A stretch of 64,000 nucleotides of DNA from an uncultured Gammaproteobacteria bacterium (GCA_963807375.1 CAWEBP010000002.1:265856-329855), one strand, 5' to 3'. Counted from the first letter of the stretch, positions 1-11,728 are shown. The notes: generated by a model from the letters alone, not told the origin. Program-made: numbers and translations.

Positions 1-690
1 TGTCGGCCAGCATCGCGCACGAGATCCGCAACCCGCTGGCCGCGATCAGCCACGCCGGCCAGCTGCTGGCCGAGTCGCCCGGCGCTCGGCCGATGACGAC
101 CAGCAGCTGCTGGGCATGATCCAGCGCCACGCCGAGCGCATCGACAAGATCGTGCGCGACGTGCTCGAGCTGTCGCGCCGCGACGCCGCCCGGCGAGGAC
201 CGACATCTCGGCTGGCGCGCCTGGCTGCAGCAGGCCGCCACCCAGTACCGCGAGGGCTGCGCGACGCACTCGCGCGCCGATCGCAGCTGATCGAGTTGGC
301 GGCAACATTTCCGCGTGCGCTTCGACCCAGCCACCTGCAGCAGGTGCTGTTCAACCTGTGGGACAACTGCCTTCGAGCACGGCGGCAAGACGGCCGGCGT
401 CGCAGGTGATGCTGCTGCACGCGCGGCCGCCTGCGAGCGCGACGGGCCGCCGTGCCTCGACGTCGCCGACAACGGCCCCGGCATCCCGGCGGACGTTGCG
501 CGACACGGTCTTCGAGCCGTTTTTCACCACCGCCAGCGACGGCACCGGCCTCGGCCTTTACCTGGCGCGCGAGCTGTGCGAATACAATCAGGCCCGGCTG
601 GCTGTACCTGCCGCGCGAGCCGCGGCGCCTGCTTTCCGCATCGCGTTCACCCAGGAAGGAACGCATGAACATGCACAGGTCCTGCGCTGA
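1..690 (+). pseudogene. 3' part of a PilS/NtrB-type sensor histidine kinase gene (5' end outside window); reading frame broken at least twice
   Basis: H-box SASIAHEIRNPLAAISHAGQLL (nt 3-70), N-box QVLFNLWDN, DNGPGIP and FEPFFTT..GTGLGLYLARELCEYNQARL lie in three different frames (track ORFs 116-409, 315-668, 358-690). Confidence 0.75.
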
Positions 691-1974
691 TCGTCGACGA
701 CGAGGCCGACATCCGCGAACTGGTGGAGATCACGCTGTCGCGCATGGGCCTCCGCACGACGGCGGCCGCCAACGCTCGCCGAGGCCCGCGAGCGCTGGCC
801 GAGCAGACCCTTCGACCTGTGCATCACCGACATGCGCCTGCCCGACGGCAACGGCATCGAGCTGGTCGCCCACATCCAGAAGCACCACCCGCAGTTGCCG
901 GTGGCGGTGATCACCGCCTACGGCAACGCACAGGCGGCGGTCGAAAGCCTCAAGGCGGGCGCGTTCGATTTCGTCTCCAAGCCGGTCGATCTGACGATGC
1001 TGCGCAAGCTGGTCGACGACCGCGCTGCAGTTGCGGTCCGCGCCGGCCACCAGCAGCGCCCGCCGCCGACGAGCTGCTCGGCGAATCGGCGTCAGATATG
1101 TCGAGCTGCGCGACCTGATCGAGCGTCTCGCGCGCAGCAGGCGCCGGTGCACATCGCCGGCGAATCCGGCACCGGCAAGGAGCTCGTGGCGCGCCTGATT
1201 CATGCGCAAGGCCCGCGCGCCGGCTCGCCCTTCGTGCCGGTCAACTGCGGCGCGATTCCCGGCGAACTGATGGAGAGCGAGTTCTTCGGGCACCTCAAAG
1301 GCAGCTTCACCGGCGCGCTGCGCGACAAGACCGGGCTGTTCCAGGCGGCCGAAGGCGGCACGCTGTTCCTCGACGAAGTGGCCGACCTGCCGTTGCACAT
1401 GCAGGTGAAGTTGCTGCGGGCGGTGCAGGAGCGCGCGGTGCGCCCGGTCGGCGCCGAGGCCGAAATAGCGGTCAACGTGCGGATGATCTCCGCCACCCAC
1501 AAGGACCTCAATGCGCTGGTGCAACAGGGCGCCTTCCGCCAGGACCTCTATTACCGCCTGAATGTCATCGAGGTGCGCGCCGCACCCTTGCGCGAGCACG
1601 CCCAGGACATTCCCCTGCTGGTCAAGGCACTGATTGGACGTCTGGGTATTGACTCCATAGACGCCGAAGCGCTGAAACAGCTGATGGCGTACTCGTTTCC
1701 AGGCAACGTCCGCGAACTCGAGAACATACTTGAACGAGCTGCCGCGCTGTGTGAAAACAGCCGCATCCGCAGTAGCGACCTGCAATTACGCGCCCTCGCA
1801 CCCGCAAAAAGCGCCGCCGGCGGCGCGCTGGAAGAACGGGTCGAGGAAATGGAAAAACTGGCGATCCGCGAAGCGCTGGAAAAATCCCGCCATAACAAGA
1901 CACGGGCAGCGCAACTGCTCGGAATGAGCTTCCGGCAGTTGCGCTACCGCATCAAAAAACTACAGATCGAATAA
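665..1974 (+). pseudogene. sigma-54-dependent response regulator (PilR/NtrC family); receiver domain and linker interrupted by frameshifts
   Basis: Receiver [47 protein letters not shown]+ core [29 protein letters not shown]-terminal Fis-type [22 protein letters not shown]. Pieces lie in ORFs 452-910, 723-1118 and 832-1974. Confidence 0.8.
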
Positions 1975-1997
1975 CGCGGACTCGCCGCGGCCAGGAC

Positions 1998-2468
1998 TTA
2001 GGCAGGATAGACCGTGTTGCCCGAGACCTTGACCTTGGTGCCCAGCGTCATGCCGTTGAGATCCGCGATATCCACCGTGCGCACATTGCCGTCATCCATG
2101 CGGATCGTCAGGCGATGCACCGTGGTGGCGCGAATTTTCTTTTCGGCATAGTGCCCGGCGGCAGCACCGGCCAGAACACCGGCGGCCGTGGTGGCGATTT
2201 TGCCCTTGCCTCCGCCGAACTGGTTGCCCGCGTAGCCGCCGGCCGCGGCGCCGCTGACGGCGCCCATGCCCGTGCCCTCACCGTCCGTCTTGATTTGCTG
2301 GATGTTTGAGATCACGCCGCAATCCGAGCAGACTTTCTTGACGACCGGCCGCGGTTGGGCCGATTGCGATTGTGACGCCGGGGTCAGCCGCGCGTCGGAG
2401 GCCGACGGTTCATTGCAGCCGGCCAGCACGAGAGTGGAACTGATCAATAACAAGCTCAAGGTTTTCAT
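1998..2468 (-). CDS. glycine-zipper (SlyB/Pcp-like) outer-membrane lipoprotein
   Basis: Signal peptide with lipobox LVLAG-C. Gly-zipper GMGAVSGAAAGGYAGNQFGGGKGKIATTAAGVLAGAAAGH. Confidence 0.7.
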   Translation of the reverse strand: MKTLSLLLISSTLVLAGCNEPSASDARLTPASQSQSAQPRPVVKKVCSDCGVISNIQQIKTDGEGTGMGAVSGAAAGGYAGNQFGGGKGKIATTAAGVLAGAAAGHYAEKKIRATTVHRLTIRMDDGNVRTVDIADLNGMTLGTKVKVSGNTVYPA

Positions 2469-2616
2469 AAAGGGGACTCCTGGGTAGATGTTGCACGTGC
2501 CTATCAGACACTACGCACGGCCCCGGATTCCGTGGGTTAGCACACATAAGAATGGGAATAGGCCCGGGGACACACCCTGAACGCGGGTGCCCGGAATGCG
2601 TTGACGCGGAATCGAG

Positions 2617-3987
2617 CTAGGAAATGGCGGACAGTTTCGCGCTGGTGATCGACAGCCGATAAATCAGGGTTTCGGTAAACACCTTGTAAAAGCGCAATTG
2701 GCATTGCGGCGACACGGTATCCATCAATGTTGCGTTGACCTTGAGCACCAGCATCTGCGTCATCGCCACCACGCTGGCCGTGCGCTTGGCGGCGGTCAGG
2801 AACCCGATCTCGCCGAAACAGTCGCCTTTGTCCAACGTGTGCAGTTTCTTGCTGCCCTTTCGCACTTCGGCATTGCCCTTGGCGATGATATAGAACGCGT
2901 GATCGATCTCGCCCTCGTGGATCATGGTCTGGCCGGGCCGGTAGCCGGTAATGGTGCTGGCATTGAGGATTTCGTCGATCTCGGAATCTGAAAACCCGTT
3001 GAAGAAATGCAAACGCCGCAGCGAATCGCCGGTTTCGCGGCGCGACACCTGCTGGCCGGTCAGCCGCAGATTTTCGAAAAAGCGTGACAGCGAAATCGCC
3101 AGCTCCTGCCCGTTCTGGTAACGCTGCAGCGGGTCCTTGAGCAGCAGCTTTTCGACGATATCGGCCAGCGGTTTGGGCACGTCGGGGCGCTTGTCGTCGA
3201 CCCGGGGCGCCGGATTTTTCTTGATCTGCTCGAACACCGCCTGAATGTCGGCGCCGACAAAGGGCGGCTCGCCGGTCAACAAGTGAAACAGCACGGCGCC
3301 AAGCGAATACAGGTCTGCCTGTGGACCGATGGCCTCGGCGCGCACCTGCTCGGGCGACATGTACAGAGGTGAGCCGAAAATGCCGCCGGGCCCACCCGGC
3401 TGCGCGTTGATCTCTGCGATTGAGAAATCCATGATCTTGGGCACGCCGTCATGCGTGATCATGATGTTGCTCGGCTTGATGTCGCGGTGCATCACTTTTT
3501 TGCCGTGGGAATAGTCCAGCGCCTTGGCGCATTTGAAGACGATGTCCACGACCTGTTCCAGCGGCGCGCGCGGGCCTTTTTTTCGGCAGAACGGCAGCAG
3601 TGTTTCGCCGTTGATGTATTCCATGACGATATAACTGACCGCGCCCTCGACCGCCGCGTCATACAGCGACACGATGTGCGGGTGCTGCAGCATGCCGGCG
3701 GCGCGCGCCTCGGTGAAGAAGGAGGTGCGCCCGCTGTTGGTCATCGTCGAGGAAATGTGTTTGGGATCGTGCAGCGCCACTTTGATCGCGACATCGCGCT
3801 GCACGAAGGGGTCAAAGCCCTTGTACACCACGCCACAGGAACCGCGGCCGATTTCGCCGCGCACCTCGTATTTGCCAATTTTGTCGGGCGGCGCATCCGG
3901 GAAGCTGGCTTTCTTGCCCGTTTCAGTGCCTTTGTGAGTGGCGCCCTTGGTTGCGCCCGGTGAGCCGTCGAGTGTATCGGAGGTCAT
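2617..3987 (-). CDS. Hanks-type Ser/Thr protein kinase fused to a C-terminal cyclic-nucleotide-binding domain
   Basis: G-loop GRGSCGVVYKG, VAIK lysine, catalytic loop HRDIKPSNIM, DFSIA (DFG position), SPLYMSPEQ. C-terminal cNMP domain with GDCFGEIGFL..KRTASV phosphate-binding cassette. The ATG at 3987 (AAGG 8 nt upstream) is preferred over the longest-ORF ATG at 4068. Confidence 0.85.
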   Translation of the reverse strand: MTSDTLDGSPGATKGATHKGTETGKKASFPDAPPDKIGKYEVRGEIGRGSCGVVYKGFDPFVQRDVAIKVALHDPKHISSTMTNSGRTSFFTEARAAGMLQHPHIVSLYDAAVEGAVSYIVMEYINGETLLPFCRKKGPRAPLEQVVDIVFKCAKALDYSHGKKVMHRDIKPSNIMITHDGVPKIMDFSIAEINAQPGGPGGIFGSPLYMSPEQVRAEAIGPQADLYSLGAVLFHLLTGEPPFVGADIQAVFEQIKKNPAPRVDDKRPDVPKPLADIVEKLLLKDPLQRYQNGQELAISLSRFFENLRLTGQQVSRRETGDSLRRLHFFNGFSDSEIDEILNASTITGYRPGQTMIHEGEIDHAFYIIAKGNAEVRKGSKKLHTLDKGDCFGEIGFLTAAKRTASVVAMTQMLVLKVNATLMDTVSPQCQLRFYKVFTETLIYRLSITSAKLSAIS

Positions 3988-4103
3988 TCGAGAACCTTGT
4001 TTAGTCACTAGCTTACTGCAAGCGGCTGGGGAATCTGCCAGCCGGCACGATGATCTCGGACCTGACATCCCGCCGCGTGCAGTACCTTAATTGGAATTAT
4101 CTG

Positions 4104-4133
4104 AAAAGGCGGCTTTGGCCGCCCTTTCTTTTT
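4104..4133 (+). terminator. intrinsic-terminator-like hairpin in the divergent kinase/pmbA spacer
   Basis: aaaaGGCGGC-tttg-GCCGCC followed by cTTTcTTTTT. The A-run upstream makes it look bidirectional. No annotated transcript ends here. Confidence 0.35.
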
Positions 4134-4158
4134 GGGCGCCAAAAAATGACACTAGCGC

Positions 4159-5508
4159 GTGACCCGGAATCCGCCCTCGCCTTTGCTCCCCGAACGCGCC
4201 GCGCTCGAAGCCTGGGCCCTGCGCGCGCTGGACGCCGCCAAGCGCGAAGGCGCGAACAGCGCCGAGGTTCATGTCAACGGCGGCATGGGATTGAGCGTCG
4301 GCGTGCGCAACGGCGAAGTCGAAACGCTCGAATTCCAGCGTGACCGTGGGCTGTCGGTGGCCGTGTATTTCGGTCAGCACACCGGTTCGGCCAGCACCTC
4401 CGATCTAAGCGACACCGGCATCGCCAGCGCCGTGCACGCCGCCTGCGTGATAGCACGCGCCACCGGCGAGGATCCTTGCGCGGGGCTGCCCGATGCGGAC
4501 CGGATGGCGCGTGCGTTTCCTGATCTTGATCTGCATCACCCGTGGGCGATCACTCCCGTGGACGCGATTGAAACCGCGCGCCAATGCGAGGCCGCGGGTC
4601 TGGCTGCCGACAAGCGCATCACCCAGACCGAAGGCGCCAGTCTGCATACGCATCAGGGCATAGAACTGGTCGCCAACACGCACGGCTTTCTGGGCGAACG
4701 CCGCGGATCCAACCACTCGCTGAGCTGTTCGGTGATTGCCGTGGACGGCGACGAGATGCAGCGAGACGACTGGTGGACCAGCGCACGTGATGCGCGCGCA
4801 CTGGAAGGCGCGGCGCAGGTCGGCCACAAGGCGGGCGTGCGCGCGGCGGCGCGGCTGGGTTCACGAAAAATCTCCACGCGCCAGGCACCGGTGTTGTTCG
4901 CGCCGGAAATGGCGCGCTCGCTGTTCGGGCACTTCATCGCCGCGATTTCGGGTGGCGCGCTTTACCGCAAGGCGAGTTTCCTGCTCGGCAAACTGGACCA
5001 GCCGGTATTTTCAAAGGCCGTGCATATTTCCCAGCGGCCGTTCATAGCGCGCGCGGCGGCGAGCGCGGCGTTCGACAGCGAGGGCGTAGCCACGGCGGAT
5101 CGCATACTGGTAGACGCCGGTCTGTTGCGCGGCTACGTCTTGGGCAGCTATGCCGCGCGCCAGATGAAAATGCAGACCACGGGCAACGCCGGCGGCGTAT
5201 TCAACCTGGTGGTGCAGCCGGGCGAACGAAACTTTGAGGAATTACTGCGCGAGATGGGCCGCGGATTCGTGGTGACCGAAATGATGGGCAGCGGCGCCAA
5301 CACGGTGACCGGCGACTATTCGCGCGGGGCGGCGGGGTTCTGGGTTGAAAATGGCGCCCTCGCCCATCCGGTGCACGAAATCACCGTCGCCGGAAATCTG
5401 GCGGAGATGTTCAAGGGGATTGTCGATCTGGGCAGTGATGTGGACACACGCACCGGCATCCGCTGCGGATCGATCCTGGTTGACCGGATGACCCTGGCAG
5501 GTGGCTAG
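4159..5508 (+). CDS. pmbA: PmbA/TldE metalloprotease (TldD/PmbA family)
   Basis: 449-aa intact ORF (GTG start) with full-length TldD/PmbA family similarity, e.g. C-terminal GDYSRGAAGFWVENG..VHEITVAGN. Confidence 0.85.
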   Translation: MTRNPPSPLLPERAALEAWALRALDAAKREGANSAEVHVNGGMGLSVGVRNGEVETLEFQRDRGLSVAVYFGQHTGSASTSDLSDTGIASAVHAACVIARATGEDPCAGLPDADRMARAFPDLDLHHPWAITPVDAIETARQCEAAGLAADKRITQTEGASLHTHQGIELVANTHGFLGERRGSNHSLSCSVIAVDGDEMQRDDWWTSARDARALEGAAQVGHKAGVRAAARLGSRKISTRQAPVLFAPEMARSLFGHFIAAISGGALYRKASFLLGKLDQPVFSKAVHISQRPFIARAAASAAFDSEGVATADRILVDAGLLRGYVLGSYAARQMKMQTTGNAGGVFNLVVQPGERNFEELLREMGRGFVVTEMMGSGANTVTGDYSRGAAGFWVENGALAHPVHEITVAGNLAEMFKGIVDLGSDVDTRTGIRCGSILVDRMTLAGG

Positions 5509-5532
5509 GCCGCCTTGCGCGGCCAGCTAAAA

Positions 5533-5853
5533 CTAGACGCCGTAAATATTGCCCGCCACGCGCTCGAGGTCGTTCAGCGCCACCGCCAGTTCGTTACCCG
5601 AATCCGTGAGGTTATAGGCGCCGCCGTCGGACTTGACCAGCCCGGCTTCGCGCAATTGAGTCAGCCGCGTGCTCAGCACGGTGGGCGAGGCGCCGCCGCA
5701 GGCATCGCGCAAGGCGCGAAAACCCAGGGGACCGTCGCGCAACTCCCAGACGGCGCGCAACGTCCAGCGGCGTCCGGCGAGATCAAAAAGAAAATGGACA
5801 GGCTGCTTGGGACGCTTCCCGCTTGCGGGCTTTTTTGTCTTGGAAGGGGTCAT
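5533..5853 (-). CDS. HxlR-family winged-helix transcriptional regulator
   Basis: RWTLRAVWELRDGPLGFRALRDACGGASPTVLSTRLTQLREAGLV. The internal ATG at 5853 is chosen because the upstream extension of the 136-aa ORF looks non-coding. Divergent from the SRPBCC gene. Confidence 0.75.
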   Translation of the reverse strand: MTPSKTKKPASGKRPKQPVHFLFDLAGRRWTLRAVWELRDGPLGFRALRDACGGASPTVLSTRLTQLREAGLVKSDGGAYNLTDSGNELAVALNDLERVAGNIYGV

Positions 5854-5974
5854 GATGGCTCCGGGGTGATACGAAAAGTGTACCACTGTTTTTCTGCTTT
5901 GTGTCCAGCAAGGCCGGAATGTGCCCCTAGCGGGTTGTGCCAAAATCGACCCTGGATGATGTCAGGGAGCCTCG

Positions 5975-6412
5975 ATGCGCCAGCAACAGGTCAAGTTTGA
6001 ACAATTTTTCGCCGCACCACGCGAAAAAGTCTTTGCCTGGTTCTCCGACCACCAGAAACTCAGCCGCATTTTCGGCGGCAAATTCAAGCGCATCAAGGAT
6101 GGCCACGATCCCAAGGACCCCAACGGACTCGGCAGCGTGCGCGAAATCCGCACGGCCGGCTTGACGTTCGAGGAAACGATCAGCAAATACGAGCCGCCTT
6201 CGCTGATCGAATACGTCGTCAGCAAGGGCGGGCCGGTCAAGAATCATCTGGGACATATGGAGTTTCACGCGGTCGAAGGCGGCACCAAACTGATCTACAG
6301 CATCGGCTTCGACCCAAAGATACCGCTGACCGGCGGGCTGATCGCTGGCGTGTTGTGCACCACGTTCCACAAGGGCATACCCAAAGCGGTCCGCGATATC
6401 GCCGCCACGTGA
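5975..6412 (+). CDS. SRPBCC (START/polyketide-cyclase-like) family protein
   Basis: 145-aa ORF. Its N-terminus QVKFEQFFAAPREKVFAWFSDHQKL and overall beta-rich pattern are typical of SRPBCC ligand-binding proteins. Confidence 0.55.
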   Translation: MRQQQVKFEQFFAAPREKVFAWFSDHQKLSRIFGGKFKRIKDGHDPKDPNGLGSVREIRTAGLTFEETISKYEPPSLIEYVVSKGGPVKNHLGHMEFHAVEGGTKLIYSIGFDPKIPLTGGLIAGVLCTTFHKGIPKAVRDIAAT

Positions 6413-7176
6413 GAGTCGTCTCTCACACCTGTTCCAACACTGAAATTGTCTGCGCGCTGGATAGCGCGCATCGACTGGTCGGCATCGATAGCGACTCGGA
6501 CTTTCCTGTCGACATCGTCGCGGCCCTGCCCAAACTGGGCCGTGATCTCGAACTGGATGTCGCTCAGGTTGTCGCACTGAAGCCTGACCTGGTCCTGACC
6601 TCGCTCACGGTCCCCGGTCACGACCGCATTGTCGAGAAACTCCAGAACGCCGGCCTCAACACGCTGGTCATCGACCCGCGCAGCCTTGAAGATGTTTACA
6701 AGAGCATTCACACCATCGCCGGCGCGCTGGGAATTGCCGCGCGCGGCAACGCGCTGGTAAAAGCCATGCGCGAAGACATGCCACCGGTTTCGCCCCCTAA
6801 ACGGCCGAAAATCCTCGTCGAGTGGTGGCCCAAGCCGGTGATTGCTCCCGCGCGCGAATCCTGGGTCACGGACCTGATCGAACTCGCCGGGGGCGACAAC
6901 GTCACCGGCCAGCGCGACGGCAAAAGCGTGGAAGTCCACGACACTCAGGCGCGCTCACTGGCGCCGGACCTCATTGTCATGAGCTGGTGCGGCGTGAAAG
7001 AGGAAAAATATCGCGCTGACGTCATCGTCCGCCGCCCCGGCTGGGCCGAGATTCCGGCCGTGAAACAACAGCGCATTTACCCTATCACCGAAGCCTATCT
7101 CGGCAGGCCGGGCCCCCGATTGGTGGAGGGTTACTGGAAACTGCGCGAGTTGATTGACCCGTTGTGGAGCGAGTAA
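6409..7176 (+). CDS. cobalamin/metal-chelate binding protein-like (BtuF/helical-backbone receptor fold), no signal peptide
   Basis: RVVSHTCSNTEIVCALD..LVGIDSDSDFP..VVALKPDLVLTS..LNTLVIDP..GRPGPRLVEG. The GTG at 6409 overlaps the upstream TGA (GTGA). Confidence 0.6.
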   Translation: MRVVSHTCSNTEIVCALDSAHRLVGIDSDSDFPVDIVAALPKLGRDLELDVAQVVALKPDLVLTSLTVPGHDRIVEKLQNAGLNTLVIDPRSLEDVYKSIHTIAGALGIAARGNALVKAMREDMPPVSPPKRPKILVEWWPKPVIAPARESWVTDLIELAGGDNVTGQRDGKSVEVHDTQARSLAPDLIVMSWCGVKEEKYRADVIVRRPGWAEIPAVKQQRIYPITEAYLGRPGPRLVEGYWKLRELIDPLWSE

Positions 7177-7180
7177 TCGC

Positions 7181-8482
7181 TTAACCGCGATCCCGGGCAC
7201 TGGCTGCGTGCGCCGACAATCCCTCGGCATCAGCCAGCGTCGCGGCAATTGAAGAAAGTTTTTTTGCGCCTTTTGGCGAGCACTCAATCAGGCTGGTGCG
7301 TTTTTGAAACTCGTACACGCCCAGTGGGCTTGCATAACGCGCGGCGCGCGAGGTCGGCAGCACATGGTTGGGCCCCGCGCAGTAATCGCCCAGCGCTTCG
7401 GGCGTGTAGCGCCCAAGAAATATCGCACCCGCGTGTCGCACCTGCTTGAGCAGGGGACGCGGATTTTTCACCGACAATTCCAAGTGTTCCGGAGCGATCC
7501 GGTTGGACAGTTGCACCGCTTCGCCCAAGGAGCGCACGGCGATCAGCGCGCCACGTGCGGCAAGAGAAGCGGCAATGATTTTTGCGCGCGACAGGCCGCG
7601 CACACGCCGGTTCATCGCCTCGCCTACGGCATCGAGAAACTTTCGGTCGGGCGAGAACAGGATGGATTGCGCGTCCTCGTCGTGTTCGGCCTGGCTGAAC
7701 AAATCCATCGCCACCCAATCGGCGCTGGTTTTGCCGTCACAGATGACCACGATCTCGGAGGGTCCGGCGATGGAATCAATGCCGACACGCCCGAATACCA
7801 GCTGCTTGGCAGCCGCGACATAGGCGTTGCCGGGGCCGACGATCTTGTCCACGGCCGGAATCGTCGCGGTGCCATACGCCATCGCGGCAACTGCTTGCGC
7901 GCCGCCGACGCAAAAAACGCGGTCCACGCCCGCCAGATGCGCAGCCGCGAGCACGACTAGATTCAGCTCACCGTCGGGCGTGGGCACGCACATGATGATT
8001 TCGCCGACGCCGGCGACTTTTGCCGGAATCGCATTCATCAGCACCGAGGACGGATACGCCGCCTTGCCGCCAGGGACATAGACGCCCACACGGTCCAACG
8101 GCGTGACGCGCTGGCCGAGTTTATTGCCGTAGCTGTCCTTGAATTCGAAGCCCGCGAGTTTCTGCTTTTGGGCGTAGGAACGGATGCGGGAGGCGGCCGT
8201 TTTCAGCGCGGCTTGTAGCGCCGCAGGCTGTTCGTTCCAGGCCGCCTTGAGTTTGGGTTTTGGAATTTCCAGCGCGCTGGCGCTGGCAGCAAGATTGCGG
8301 TCGAAGCGTGCGGTGTAATCAAGCAACGCGGCGTCGCCGCGCATGCGCACGTCCCCGACGATTCGGGCCACACTGGCCGCGACTTCCGTATTGCCCTGCG
8401 GGGCGAGATCAAGCAGGCGCGCAAACGCCACTTCGAAGCCACCGTCGCTTGAGTCAAGCCGGGTAATTTCAAGCATCGCCAA
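7181..8482 (-). CDS. hisD: histidinol dehydrogenase
   Basis: 433-aa intact ORF. Motifs [56 protein letters not shown]. Confidence 0.95.
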   Translation of the reverse strand: MAMLEITRLDSSDGGFEVAFARLLDLAPQGNTEVAASVARIVGDVRMRGDAALLDYTARFDRNLAASASALEIPKPKLKAAWNEQPAALQAALKTAASRIRSYAQKQKLAGFEFKDSYGNKLGQRVTPLDRVGVYVPGGKAAYPSSVLMNAIPAKVAGVGEIIMCVPTPDGELNLVVLAAAHLAGVDRVFCVGGAQAVAAMAYGTATIPAVDKIVGPGNAYVAAAKQLVFGRVGIDSIAGPSEIVVICDGKTSADWVAMDLFSQAEHDEDAQSILFSPDRKFLDAVGEAMNRRVRGLSRAKIIAASLAARGALIAVRSLGEAVQLSNRIAPEHLELSVKNPRPLLKQVRHAGAIFLGRYTPEALGDYCAGPNHVLPTSRAARYASPLGVYEFQKRTSLIECSPKGAKKLSSIAATLADAEGLSAHAASARDRG

Positions 8483-9104
8483 GCACAGCGCGGAAACGGT
8501 CCAGCCAGCCGCGGATGGCGGCGTGTTTCATCTTCATCGCCGCCTTGTTGACCACCAGGCGCGCGCTGATGTCGGCGATCTTTTCGACCTCGACCAGGCC
8601 GTTGGCGCGCAAGGTACTGCCGGTGTTGATCAAGTCCACGATGTAGTCGGCCAGCCCCACCAGCGGCGCCAGCTCCATCGAGCCGTAGAGCTTGATGATC
8701 TCGACCTGTTGATCCTTCGCGGCAAAATACCGGCGCGTGATCTCCGGATACTTGGTGGCCACGCGCGGGCGTTGAAACGGCGGCAAGGGTTTGCGATTCT
8801 TGGGTGCAGCGACGGACAGCCGGCATTGGGCCAGACCGAGGTCGAGCGGTTCATAGAGCGAATCCGAGCCGTGTTCCATCAGCACGTCCTTGCCGACAAT
8901 GCCGAGATCCGCCGCGCCATGCTCGACATAGGTCGGCACGTCGGCGGGACGGATGATCAGCAGCTGCACGTGGCGGTCGCGCGACGGCAGGCGCAACAGC
9001 CGGTCGTCGAGACCCGCGGCGGGTGCCAGGCCAAGCCGGGCCAGCAACGGAGCGCTGTCTTCGAGAATGCGCCCCTTGGACAGGGCAAGTGTAAGAGCGG
9101 ACAT
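8469..9104 (-). CDS. hisG: ATP phosphoribosyltransferase (short form)
   Basis: 211 aa. [51 protein letters not shown]. Immediately upstream of hisD. Confidence 0.9.
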   Translation of the reverse strand: MSALTLALSKGRILEDSAPLLARLGLAPAAGLDDRLLRLPSRDRHVQLLIIRPADVPTYVEHGAADLGIVGKDVLMEHGSDSLYEPLDLGLAQCRLSVAAPKNRKPLPPFQRPRVATKYPEITRRYFAAKDQQVEIIKLYGSMELAPLVGLADYIVDLINTGSTLRANGLVEVEKIADISARLVVNKAAMKMKHAAIRGWLDRFRAVLGDA

Positions 9105-9147
9105 CTCGGCATTCTCGCAAATGCCGAGACGCGGGGCGATCCGCCGA

Positions 9148-9996
9148 TCAAATAACCTGGCCGGACATCAGCACACGGATCCCCATGCTCAGGGCCACGC
9201 CGAACATCAGGACCGCAAAACCTTGTTGAAGGCGCGGGCCCGCGATACGGGGTGCCAGTCGCCGACCTCCCAGCATGCCGGCGAGCGCGCCACCCGCAAA
9301 GGGCAACGCGATTGTCAGGTCGGCGGATCGTCCTGAAAATTCTGCGAGTGCAAACGCACCGCCCGAAATCAGCGCGATAGCCATCAGCGATGTCGCTATG
9401 GCGGAATGAATCGAGAGCGGAGTCACAGCACGCAGCGCGGGAACAATCACGAAACCGCCGCCAATGCCGAACAGCCCGGACACAAAGCCGGCGCCCGCCC
9501 CGATCAAGCCGATCACCCCCAGACTGGCCGCGTTCCAGATGATGCGACCTCGTTCATTCAGCCGGCAGATGGGTCCGCGTGCGGGCAACCCTTCCCCCGA
9601 TACGTTGGCTCGGACGATCGGCGTTTCTTCCGGATGTCGCTGGGCCTGAAACCAAAGCCGGGCGGCGATCCAGAGCATGACGCCCACAAACAGCGCCGTC
9701 AGCATCTCCAGCGGCAATTGCCTGGCGGCGAACAGCCCCAGGGGCACAGTCAGCAGGCTAGCGAGTCCCATGAGCAGCGCAGCCCGATAGCGCACAAACG
9801 CCACATCCCAGGCGACCACGGTGCCAAATACCGTGGCCACGAATACCGCGAGCAACGCCACGGGCGCAGCCTGCGGCAGATTCCAGCCCATGCCGATCAT
9901 CAACAGGGGTACGCTCAGAACCGAGCCGCCCGCACCCGTCAAACCCAGCACGAGCCCCGTGATTACCCCCAGCATCAATGGCAGCGATTCAACCAT
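9148..9996 (-). CDS. TauE/SafE family sulfite/anion exporter-like membrane protein
   Basis: 282-aa polytopic protein with two repeated halves containing [15 protein letters not shown] and [15 protein letters not shown] motifs. Confidence 0.8.
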   Translation of the reverse strand: MVESLPLMLGVITGLVLGLTGAGGSVLSVPLLMIGMGWNLPQAAPVALLAVFVATVFGTVVAWDVAFVRYRAALLMGLASLLTVPLGLFAARQLPLEMLTALFVGVMLWIAARLWFQAQRHPEETPIVRANVSGEGLPARGPICRLNERGRIIWNAASLGVIGLIGAGAGFVSGLFGIGGGFVIVPALRAVTPLSIHSAIATSLMAIALISGGAFALAEFSGRSADLTIALPFAGGALAGMLGGRRLAPRIAGPRLQQGFAVLMFGVALSMGIRVLMSGQVI

Positions 9997-10026
9997 TGAA
10001 GTGAGGACGCTGGCTGACGGCGCGAC

Positions 10027-11504
<1,478 letters not shown>

Positions 11505-11550
11505 GGCTCAATTATCGCCTACCCGTCGGCCTCAAATTGGCGCAAGCAGT

Positions 11551-11600
11551 TGGCGCCGGTTTGTGGACCGATCCCGGGCGCGCGCAGCGCGCATCGGGAC
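11551..11600. repeat. GC-rich companion hairpin repeat, copy 1
   Basis: TGGCGCCGGTTTGTGGACCGATCCCGGGCGCGCGCAGCGCGCATCGGGAC. Outer stem TCCCG/CGGGA and inner GCGCGC-A-GCGCGC. Similar units at 17892-17942 and 52938-52986. Abuts the 123-bp element. Confidence 0.7.
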
Positions 11601-11601
11601 A

Positions 11602-11724
11602 CCACCCGCTTAACGCCTGCGAAGGCGGTTATAGCCGCATTTAGAAAAAACAATGGTACGGATTTAGTACCACCGTTTTAATCGGAAAAGCCGTCAAAGG
11701 GTGAAAAAATCCACCCAGCGGGTG
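11602..11724. repeat. 123-bp intergenic element, copy A
   Basis: CCACCCGCTTAA ... TGGTAC-GGATTTA-GTACCACC ... CCCAGCGGGTG. The core lies 53 nt from each end. Located between the ABC-2 permease stop (11729) and the ibaG start. Confidence 0.85.
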
Positions 11725-11728
11725 CAGG

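Noticed and set aside
2469-2616. The spacer upstream of the glycine-zipper lipoprotein gene contains CTGAACGCGGGTGCC and GGCCCCGGATTCCGTGGG, faintly like the element terminus and the companion hairpin
   Set aside because: The matches are short and imperfect, with no core palindrome and no 123-bp geometry. I could not align it convincingly to either repeat family.
4018-4090. CAAGCGGCTGGGG (terminus-like) and CAGTACCTTAA (half-core-like) in the kinase/pmbA spacer, considered as a decayed ninth copy
   Set aside because: The order and spacing are wrong: the right-type terminus lies left of the half core, there is no second terminus 53 nt away, and only one half-site is present.
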